A DNA stretch of 64,000 nt, taken from assembly GCF_006345805.1 (NCBI RefSeq), contig NC_043018.1:1984001-2048000 (forward strand), read 5' to 3'. This document shows positions 53,181-64,000 of the stretch, piece after piece. Under the pieces are notes generated by a model, which saw nothing but the letters and a program-made list of their open reading frames with translations, had not been told where the DNA came from and did not search any database. The translations under genes were made by a program, and so were the position numbers. The DNA comes from Octopus sinensis. Taxonomy: Eukaryota. Numbering within the stretch: the first letter of the stretch is position 1; each line of letters begins with the position of its first letter.

Positions 53181-53856
53181 TGAAAGGTGTAAACGTTTTT
53201 ATTTCGCTTTCAATTTCAGAATTACAACTATTAGCGGTTTTAGTTTGGCTGCTCTTTCTAGTGAGTCGAATGTCCTATTATGGCCATTCCTTATATTTTT
53301 GAATGTGTATATATATATATATATATATATAGTTCATTGATGCGATCCAGAGATTCACCGTATAGAAAACAGTGCTGAAAAGATTCAAACTTAGACTCCA
53401 ATGTCTTTAGAGGGGCTCATTCCACAAAATAATGAAAGGCTATAAGAGGGATCAGGTTGAGAGGGTATAGAGGCAATTATGCGGATAATTTCATCAAATA
53501 TATTAAATACATCAAACATATCACTCTTGGTATGAAAGGCAAAATATGTATATAAGTATACCTGGCAATCGAAAGGAAGCAAAATGTGGAGAGTTTCATA
53601 TGATGAATTTTTAAGCATAAACATTTGGATATTAATCTTAGGGTAGAAACGACAGAGAAAACGAAAGGTGTGGAAGAAAGGTGTTGTAATTCCAAATAGT
53701 GTAATAAGTGGTCTTATAACGCCTTTCTTCTACAACTTTAATTTTTTCTGTGTTTTGTACTCTGTGTAAGTTGGACCTTTCAGTATTAATATTCATATAT
53801 TAATAATAAAAAATATATCATCTGAAAGTCACCATTTTCCCCTTTCTCTCGTTCTG

Positions 53857-53907
<51 letters not shown>

Positions 53908-54013
53908 CTTTCATACACAAGCTGATATATTTAATATATTTAATTAAGATATTTAATATATTTGATGCATCAAATTTGTTTAAAGGCATAATGTCTGTCT
54001 TGCTCTCTCATTC

Positions 54014-54071
<58 letters not shown>

Positions 54072-54313
54072 TATATTATGTATATATATATATAGTAGTG
54101 AGGGATTATCAATCCGTGTGAAATACTTCATAAGCTCTCTGTTTGCACACTAGGACTCACAATATTCTTTGGGGTCGTTCATTCTCCCAACTGATCAGTA
54201 GACCGACTGAGTAAACCTATCAGCGACCGTACTATTGGAAACAGCTGTAAGCCAAACTTGCTCCAATGAAGGAAAATGTATAATGACCGTTATCTATAAC
54301 TCGAATTTTATAT

Positions 54314-54360
<47 letters not shown>

Positions 54361-54382
54361 CTTATATATATATATATACATA

Positions 54383-54427
<45 letters not shown>

Positions 54428-54507
54428 ATATTATACATACATATATATATTATATATATATATATATATTGAATGTGTTAGGGTTAAATTTTATTATTAA
54501 TGGAAAT

Positions 54508-54567
54508 GCTACACTGAAGAGAGAAGTAAGTAATTTAAACACTTTAATCTCGAAACTCGTCTGTGGC
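54508..54567 (+). ncRNA. Type-I hammerhead, canonical core
   Basis: GCTACA-CTGAAGA-GAGA...TCTC-GAAA-CTCG-TC-TGTGGC. Confidence 0.82.
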
Positions 54568-55289
54568 TAATCGCAGTCGTGTTGATTCATTGTTTTTGTC
54601 TTTCCTACGTAAAAAAAGTATGTTACTGTCGTGGAGATTCTTACAGCAGCTGAAAAGGAATTTCTAACTCCTATTTCTAAAGTGGGTATGTGGTGAAGCA
54701 ATTCGCTGACACCTAATTAAAATAATTTTTATAATTATAGGATATTTTTTAGCTATAATGGCTATTTTAACGTACCGATCTACTTGGTAAAATTATTAAT
54801 TAATTGATTGATTAATTTATTAATTTACTTGATTAATTTTACCCTTTTATTATTAATTTGAAAATTTATTTATTTATATATATATAGATTCACAGTGTTA
54901 ACAAAAAACACGGTGCGTAGTGTCACATTAAATATATTTAAAAGGCACACGTAATATATATATAAGCGTGAACAGACGGAACGCACAGAATGTCGCCATA
55001 TCCTCTTGAGTTAATCTTTACTGTTTAATCAAGAAGGTAGCTGGGTATGGCCTCCTTGAGTAGCTTCGCAACACAAATTGAAACAGTCCGTCAGGGGACT
55101 CACTTTCTCTCTCGCTCTCTGTCTTTGTCTGTCTCTCTCTCTCTCTCATTTGCATACCCATAGGAGAACCAATGTGCTTGAGCCCACGTGATGGATCTAA
55201 CGTGTAAGTACAAGAGGTACTCAGACTCTGCATAAGGAGTAGAGATCCACCAAGTATATATCTATCTGTCTGTCTGACTCTCTGTCTGC

Positions 55290-55383
<94 letters not shown>

Positions 55384-55408
55384 GTCTGTCTGTCTATCTA
55401 TCTATCTA

Positions 55409-56492
55409 TTTGGATCAAAGAGAGACCGAGGCTAGACGAATGGCACCGCGAGTGTAGCGTTGCTCTCAAGCAACTCTACCGTCCAAGACCAAACTTGTGC
55501 GACTGCATTACAACAAAGGAATTATATTGAGGATTAGTGGAGGGGAGGTGCGACGACGTTCTCGGGTAGAATCTGGGTGTCGACCAGGAACACCTAACCA
55601 GCCTGTTCAGGATGACTTTCGGGCTAGGAGCTATGGACAATCACTAAAGATCCCTGGTCTGGCATTGCTATCGAGAAGAAATAATTGTTCGGGATAAGCT
55701 CTACAGGCACGGTTCGAGACACACCGGATCCACTTGCCCAAGATGCGGTCAGAGCGACGAAACCGTTCTGCACGCGCTCGTGCAGTGTCCAGCCATTTCA
55801 GACCTGTGGGCTTATGCCGAACGGCTGCTGTCACGTGTGGGACGATTCCGCCTGTTGCCCGAGTCTATCGTGAAAATTGCTCTGCCACCTTCCCTCAACC
55901 GGGAAGGCAAAGCAGTGTTCATCGTACTGGTGGCTATGGTGAAAGAATGTGTGTGGTGGACTCGAGCGAAAGGATTAGAGACAAACACTTACCTCTCTGG
56001 TCAATCATTCATCAACTTTTTCAAGTACCACTTGAAAAGGTAGGTGAGAATGGAGAGGCAGGTTTTGTCTCGTGAAAGTTTCAAAAAAAGGTGGGTGAAT
56101 GTAGCAAAGATGGTGCGTGCGAGTGACGAAACCACTTTGAGCATGATCCTGTAAATTGAAGAAAGAGAGATAGAGAGAGAGAGAGAAAGAGAGAGAGAGA
56201 ACGACAGAGAGAGAGAGCATTTTGCTCTCACGTATTTATTCCCTCCCTGCCTGAGGGTACCGTAGTCTTTTCTGTAAGATTTTCTTTCCATATATAAACC
56301 TAATCTTGCTTTTTACATTTAAAAAATTCTTCCATGATACACGATCCATTTCGATCGCCTTTTTTCCCCGATCCATTTAGATCGGAATTTTCCTTTTTTT
56401 CTCATTTGTTCCTTTTTTCTTTTTCATTTTCGAAAAGAAAAGTTCTATATTTTTATTTGTTCCCCCACTGTGTGGCCGATTAAGAAAATTAT
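55409..56492 (+). mobile_element. 5'-truncated Tx1/L1-clade LINE in (TCTA)n
   Basis: TCPRCGQSDETVLHALVQCP zinc knuckle and ORF2 C-terminus to about 56153, then 3' UTR; (CTAT)n on both sides. Confidence 0.88.
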
Positions 56493-56511
56493 ATATCTGT
56501 CTGTCTATCTT

Positions 56512-56580
<69 letters not shown>

Positions 56581-56662
56581 TATTATCTATCTATCTATCA
56601 TCTATCTATCATCTATCTATTATCTGTCTGTCTGTTATCTGTCGTCTGTCTGCCTGTCTGTT

Positions 56663-56729
<67 letters not shown>

Positions 56730-56761
56730 GTCCATCCCTGCCTCTCGTTCAATATACATAT

Positions 56762-56930
56762 AGGCGTAGGCGTGGCTTTGTGCCAAGAACTCGCTCCCCA
56801 TCCACATGGTTACAGAACCGGCCTCACTGCGTGACTCCTTCGGCAAGTGTCTTCTACTGTAGAATCGAGCCAACTAAGGCCTTGTGGGTGGATTTGCTGG
56901 ACGGAAATAGAGAGAAGTCCCCCCCCCGTC
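56762..56930 (+). mobile_element. SINE family B, 5' half
   Basis: AGGCGTAGGCGTGGCT head, GGCAAGTGTCTTCTACT core. Confidence 0.8.
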
Positions 56931-57161
56931 TACAGACATATATCAGAATATTCATAAAGAATGGAACGTCTGTATAATTTTCAGACATTGTGTGTTCTTG
57001 TTTAATTCGTTTTTGCCATCAAAGTGTACGCATGAGTGCACGTGCGTGCACATCCAAATATTTCTGTATATGAGAATGTTTATATGCTTATCTTTATGCT
57101 TGCGTGCGACTTAGAAATACATACACACACATTTGTGTGTGTGTGTGTGTGTTTGTGCATG

Positions 57162-57196
<35 letters not shown>

Positions 57197-57660
57197 GCAT
57201 ATGCTTCGTGTACATGATGAGAGTGTATATTCATTTGTAAAAAAACCTTATTTTCTCTGAGTTGCATTATATATGTACACACACGTATCTCAATTAGTCT
57301 GTCGGATCCAATTAATAATGTTCGTCAGCCATGAATAATGACAGAATTAATTGCTTCTCATCACATTGTATTCATTCAAAGTCACTAACGGGAAGTAGGT
57401 GTTAATTTTACCTTTGTTTTCGTTTTCATAATTACATTTTACATATTTGCATTTCCTTAATATATTCACAAGAGGAAATACATCCTACACACGTATACAT
57501 TTCTAAAACCTCCCCCTAGGTTGAGTTGACGGGTGGACGGGTAGATATTGTCTGGAAGCTCGGGTCGAATAGCTTGAAGCAAATTGGTTTCTGCTAAGGA
57601 TATCTAAGAACTGACTTGTTGCGTTCAACAGGCTGAAGTACTGACTGCGTATGTAAAGTA

Positions 57661-58285
57661 CCAGGATGAACTGAACAGTTCCTAGGCTGTCTATAAAGGG
57701 GTGGTGCTAGAGCTGTGAAAACTTGCATGCGTTAATTTCACACCGTATTGTTTCTTTCCAGGTAAACTGACATCTGATTGTTATAACTGATAGCGACTTC
57801 TTTTGAAAATCGACAAAATTTTGGCAACTTGCAGATAAAGGTTTTACCGCAGAAGGTCATTCATGCTGACATACTTGCTACTTTAGGCGATGACGCTCCA
57901 GGTTTATCGACAGTGCAAAAGTGGGCAGCTGAGTTTAAGAGGGGAAAGGAGGGTCTTGAAAATCACCCAATGCCTGGACGTCCTGCACCTGCATCCATCG
58001 AGAATAACGTTGATCGTGTCCATCCCCTGGTGGTGGATGACTGGTGATTGTTTATAAATCAAATTGCCAATGCTATTAGCAGATTCTGCAGAGTGAGTTT
58101 GAAACTTCATCAAAGGTGCAGAAAGCTGTTTACATCACGGGAAAATCTGACATTGTTTGAATCAGATTCAGCTAGTTTCCTTGAGCGTTTCCTAAGCCAG
58201 AAGGGGTGGAGACTATGTTGAAATATAAACCTAATTTCAGTGCGAGAATCTTGGTTAGCCTATGAACTTTTCAGGCGACCCTTGA
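57661..58285 (+). mobile_element. Internally deleted mariner element
   Basis: IHADILATLGDDAPGLSTVQKWAAEFKRG..GRP (mariner HTH); imperfect TIRs CTGAACAGTTCCTAGGCT / AGCCTATGAACTTTTCAG. Confidence 0.88.
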
Positions 58286-58728
58286 CGGTATAAATAACTT
58301 TGTAACGCTTAACGCCTTTGTGGTCGAACTATTGAGGAAGGCCTCTGAGTGGCTACTCAGTTTACTAGAAATTGCTGCTAAGATCATTAAAAGTACACCC
58401 TTTCATCTGTTAAATAGAAAGGGCAAAATATATCATACTTCAAAAAGGTACAACTTCGTAATATTTTTCACTGATGGACGTAACATTTACTGATGAAAGC
58501 CTTTAAGTGGTTATTGGTTTCATTGGAAACAGCGGCTAATATCACTTCATAATGCACCTTTTCATCACTATATAGGGAAGGTCACTCTAAAGAATGCTTG
58601 GAGTTGGTATAAGGTCGCAACCTTTACTACTAATATGGACAAACCATTGATTAAAGCTTTTAAGATCATTCAACCATTGATTAATAGCTATTAAGATCAT
58701 TCAAATATATCTTTACGGCTTAAAATAT

Positions 58729-58950
58729 ATTTCTTTACTACCCACAAGAGGCTAAACACAGAGGGGACGAACAAGGACAGACAAATGGATTAAGTCGATT
58801 ACATCGACCCCAGTGCGTAATTGGTACTTATTTAATCGACCTCGAAAGGATGAAAGGCAAAGTCGACCTCGGCGGAATTTGAATTCAGAACGTAACGGCA
58901 GACGAAATACGGCTACGCTTTTCGCCCGGCGTGCTAATGGTTCTGCCAGT
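58729..58950 (-). mobile_element. SINE family A
   Basis: Reverse complement of 50805-51040. Confidence 0.92.
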
Positions 58951-59129
58951 GGACAGAATATATACTTCATTATTTGTTAAACGTAAAAAAACCATCAGGT
59001 ATCACGTATTGAATGCCTTTGATCTTGTCTCTTCAACATTTTAGGGTTGATCACGCACGAAGCGACTATATTAGCAACAAAAGCACCAACAGCAATGGCT
59101 TCAGGGAAATTCCACTCCATTGCTTTTCC

Positions 59130-59300
59130 CGTTAATAGCTTCAGGTCAACCTTGATAAAATAGGCTTCTAGTCAGAATCGTTCCAGTTAAAACCATCGTG
59201 TTATATTTCCTCTGTCCAGGAAAAACAGTATTGTATCTAGTGAGTTTTGAGGGAGATTTGACTGACATTTTAAATAAGTATTGCGACCGCAGAGTGGCAC
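59130..59300. mobile_element. Old dispersed repeat with GATTTGGCTGCTATTTCTAG-like motif
   Basis: Related motifs near 41350, 44470, 50680, 53245, 58360, 60300 and 63900. Confidence 0.5.
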
Positions 59301-60392
59301 CCACTCGTTCTGCTAGTAATAGCTGTTGTATCTTACAAGAGAGAGATAATCTTTAATTAGATAATCCAAGATCATTAGAATAGGCAGTATTTCAAATATA
59401 GTGGACACTCAATTAATTACTAAAACAGATCGGCCATTAATAATTAGTTGTCTAACTTGCATAAATACAGATTAATTAAAACAAACGTTAGAAAACTATC
59501 ATATTGATATGAAGTTGTAGAAGAGGGTTGTTGTTACGAAACTGTCAGAAAAGAACACAGCTGTTATGTGGGTATATATGTAGAATGTATAGATATATGA
59601 ACCGGAGGACAATTAAAGACTTCATTATTATTGCTTAGCTAAAACGGTTTTTTTTTAAAGGTGTGTTTAATTCAGAATAATCGAGGGTTGAAGTAACGAA
59701 AGCAACAACTGCTTCCACTGCTATCTCAGCCATAACAACAGCAGCGTTTCTTAAACCAACGGAAAACAGCGAATCAATAAACTTGATTTTGATCTACAAA
59801 TACGTGTCTGTCTTCGTGAGTCTAGACATGAACGATACATGTGTGCGCGTGTCTACATACATACATACATACATACATACACATATATATATATATATAT
59901 GTATATATATACGTTTAGATATGTATCTGTGTGTGTATTTATGTTTGTAGATGTGTTTGTGTGCGAGTTTTTGATTCTGATAGAAAAGTTATTCGTCTAA
60001 ATTAAATAAATGCATCAGAATTTCACAGCTAACCAATTTATTTTTATTTCTAAGAACGCAGTTTTTTTTTTAACATGACAACGATTTAAAACATGTCGAC
60101 AAATGTAAAAAGAAAAAAAAAACATGTTTTTGCTTCATTTAAATGAAATGCAAAAGAATGATTTCCAGAGATAATTAATGAGCGCCATTTTAAATTTAAT
60201 TCATTGATTTCCAGATTTAAAATCCACAGCAAATATTACCTTGTTTTTGTGTGTCTGGCTAAAATAGTTTATATAGAAATGACGTAGTCGATATACCTGC
60301 TAGAAATAACAGCTAAGTCTCACTTCCAGACATGTAATGCTATATTAATAAAATTTTAAAATCAAACCAAGAAACTCAAATCAGGAAAGGAG

Positions 60393-60731
60393 ACATACAT
60401 ACATACATACATACATACATACATACATACATACATACATACATACATACATACATACATACATACATACATACATACATACATACATACATAAATACAT
60501 ACATACATACATACATACATACATACATACAAACATACATACATACATACATACATACATAGATACATACATACATACATACATACATACATACATACAT
60601 ACATACATACATACATACATACATACATAGATACATACATACATACATACATACATGCATACCTACCTACATACATACAAACATACATACATAGATACAT
60701 AGATACATACATACATACATACAAACATACA

Positions 60732-60765
<34 letters not shown>

Positions 60766-60894
60766 CATACATACATATACATACATACATACATGCATAC
60801 ATACAAACATACATACATACATACATACATACATACATACATACATACATACATACATACATACATACATACATACATACATACATACATACAT
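60393..60894. repeat. (ACAT)n tetranucleotide array, about 500 bp
   Basis: Direct reading. Confidence 0.97.
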
Positions 60895-60909
60895 GATATA
60901 ATGATAGAA

Positions 60910-61420
60910 ATATAATGATTTGGGATAGATAAGAGAAACTGCACAATTGTGGAAATTAGCTGCCCAGCGGATGTTAATATAAAGCTGAAGATCAGTGGAA
61001 AAGAGAATATCTACGCTGAACTATTCAGAAATCTGCAGTTATTCTATCCAGATTACAAGTTCAGGTTTATACCTGTAATTATTGGGGCCCTGTGATATGT
61101 AACACGCTGCCTAAATACCAATCTTGAGAAATTAGGCTTCTCAAAACCAGAAAGGAGAAAGCGAATTCGAAGTCTACAGATCCAATCCATCACTGGAACT
61201 GTAAAAATATGTAAAACTTTCGAGAAATTTATCATTTAAATATATATGAGCATGTCTAGATATGCAACGATATGCATGAAAATACATAAAACACCCAAAT
61301 CTGCACATACATACATACATACATACATACATACATACCTACAAAAAAGCCCTGTTATTGATTATGAAATTCCAATGAAGGTGCCTATTGACACGAAATC
61401 TTGAAATAGACTGAATAATG
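60910..61420 (+). mobile_element. RLE-type non-LTR retrotransposon 3' fragment in (ACAT)n
   Basis: CTIVEISCPADVNI..KENIY..L....YPDYKFRFIPVIIGAL..LQIQSITGTVKICKTF; similar to the Dong-type C-termini at 8-9 kb. Confidence 0.82.
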
Positions 61421-61479
61421 ACATACATATATACACATATATGTGCCTAGTCTTTTTATATCGACTTCAGAAATGAGAA

Positions 61480-62560
61480 ATTTGTGTGTCCCTAAATCGA
61501 ACTGTTCAGAGCGAGACCATTTTCATTTTTTTGAAGACTTTTGATGGCATTAAGATCTGGAAGGAGAGGACACCGGCGGCGTGTAGGGCTGGAGGCAGAG
61601 AGTACGCTTCATTTCACAAACTCTTGAATGACAGACCCCTGGCGGATTGTTCGGTTGCAACACGAGACAACCCTTCTCTTGTAATTTAAGGTACATTATC
61701 TCTTGATGACATCAAGGCCTAGACGGTGAGAGTCCTGGTGGAGCATATGGTTGAAGCACAAACTCTGTGATGAGTGGTGATTATGTCAGAGTTTGCCATA
61801 GGTAAGGGCATGCCCATCATCGCATTTCTAGGTCTCCCATGCTCAAATATGCCATTTGAAACAAAATACAAAAAAAAAAAAGCTTTAGAAGGGCAGATAT
61901 GATTTAAAAGAGGATGTATTTTGGCTACTATATTTTGCAGTCGGAGGTGCCTCATACAGAACTCTTTGTTAACTGCTATGTTATTCATAAATTTGTTTGC
62001 AGGAATGGCCTGGCCGAGGGCTTAATAAGTTGTCTATGCAAACACAAGGCCCCAGTGAATGGTATCTGGGAAACCTGTCATTTTAGCTAACATATGCACG
62101 TGTGAGTGTATCGTGGTCGATTCAGACCTTGTGAATAAAATCGGGGACAGGGAAACTCTGTGGAAGATCGTCAAATGGATTGTACTCGCAATTCAAAACA
62201 GCAACTATGCTTCATACAGTGTCACTCTCATTCTGCTCTGCAATTTCATTAAAATTACATGTTTTCTGCGAGTTATTCGACTACTTTCAAGCTGATCCAA
62301 GAATCAAAGTAGTTCTGTTAGTCGAAAAACCGGTATGCTCATTGTCGGTATCGACGGAGAACCTATTTACTTATTCCTCACACGTCATCCTGGAGCCAGC
62401 GATATAAGAAGATCTAAGACACCCTGTTTTATATATCCCTTCGGGATTGAATGATGGTATCTCCATGTTGTTCTTGTTGTTTCTTTACGGATCATACATG
62501 TCTAGCTTTACAAGCGAGCTCACATACTGCATCTGGAGTTGATTGAATTTAATGGTGATA
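61480..62560 (-). pseudogene. Decayed coding remnant of an unidentified protein, copy 2
   Basis: One frame with scattered stops: SYIAGSRMTC...LNCEYNPFDDLPQSFPVPDFIHKV*I...RAYVS*NDRFP. Confidence 0.6.
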
Positions 62561-62622
62561 ACGTCATGTTCTGTTTTATTAGCTTTTTTCAAAATCATAT
62601 CTGCGTGTATTATAAATGTGAG

Positions 62623-62654
<32 letters not shown>

Positions 62655-62667
62655 TAGATATATATAT

Positions 62668-62700
<33 letters not shown>

Positions 62701-62750
62701 GCATACATATATATATATACATATATATAATATATATATATAATATATAT

Positions 62751-62801
<51 letters not shown>

Positions 62802-62827
62802 ATATATATATATATATATACACATAC

Positions 62828-62858
<31 letters not shown>

Positions 62859-63592
62859 CATATATATATACATATTATATATATATATATATATTATATA
62901 TATATATAATATATATATAATATATATATATATGTATATATATACATAAATATATATATATATATGTATACATATATATATATATATATATATATGTGTA
63001 TATGGTTATATGCATACATACACTCACACACATATATATACATATACATAATGGGCATATTATGTTGTTTGTGTATAGATACATATTCATTAATAAAAAA
63101 AACACAAATATGTGCGTACGAATGCACATGCATCTCTCTCTCTCTCTCTCTCTCTTTCTATCAATCTATCTATTTCTCTCTATATATACACATATACACA
63201 TATATGTGTGTGTCTGTGTCTGTACGCATACACATACATGATACAGGATATACACAATCCAATGCGTATGTGTGTGAGTGAGAGTGTGCATGTTTTATAC
63301 ACATTTATATATGACGCATATACACACCAAAATATGCGTACATAATGTGCAAGGTGTATATGTTTCTATACACACACCACGGCACGCTTTTGCTTTAAGG
63401 TGCGATTCAGCTGCAAGAATTTTTTTTTGTTGTTGTTTTGTTTATTATTAGCATGTCGATCAACCGTGGAGATTTTTTTTCTTTTATTCACCGACTCGGA
63501 ATTGATTCTTGTTTGTCTTGTGAAGATAATGGTAATGGAATGCGAACCTGATGATAATAATTATGTTGAACAAGAAGCTGAGGATTGTGGTT

Positions 63593-63636
<44 letters not shown>

Positions 63637-64000
63637 ATTGATGGTGGTGTTGGTGGTGGTAACAATGAAAACGTGTTGTGACGTCATCCCCATCCGCCGG
63701 CTATCAGATAGAAGGATGGATGAATTGGTTTGTGGAAAGGAAATTAACTTGAATGTTGTCCAATGTTATTATAAAGAGTTAATTAATTATTGTTTCTACA
63801 TTGTACAACTGATTAATGCATCGCTAACTGTAAACATGGAGTAGAAATCGCCAGACAAACGAGAGCGGACATGTTGCTTAACATAATCGCTGCTGATGAG
63901 AGAAATAACAGCCAAATCATCATCATCACCACCACCACCACCACTACCACCACCATCATCATCATCATCATCATCATCATCTTACATCACACGTTATTTG

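Noticed and set aside
54150-54255. CAATA/TATTG-GAAA-CAGCTG-TA
   Set aside because: Only the 3' half of a hammerhead; no core is present.
58642-58703. About 30-bp direct repeat resembling a CRISPR unit
   Set aside because: Two adjacent copies without a spacer in eukaryotic DNA; a simple tandem duplication.

Overview
AT-rich, microsatellite-saturated eukaryotic non-coding DNA. Its SINE families look like those of Octopus; this is recognition from memory, not a database check. No intact host protein-coding gene is supported, and nearly all listed ORFs are microsatellite artefacts. Recognisable content: many tRNA-derived SINEs; decayed LINEs (Dong/R4-type RLE, RTE, CR1, Tx1/L1); a Penelope-like ORF remnant; Tc1 and mariner remnants; Helentron-type and hAT-type non-autonomous elements. 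Main signal: about 15 hand-parsed minimal type-I hammerhead ribozyme motifs, plus a few weaker ones, in short elements that mostly end at (TA)n tracts. Their core 3:8 pair covaries (C3:G8, U3:A8 in five unrelated families, G3:C8 once). Two element families are circularly permuted monomers (356 and 428 nt), and two hammerheads cap long rod-like folds, as expected of retrozyme or Penelope-derived circular RNAs. Also noted: two diverged remnants of an unidentified protein 20 kb apart, and retroelements apparently partitioned by microsatellite type. All structures and alignments were done by eye; element boundaries are approximate.
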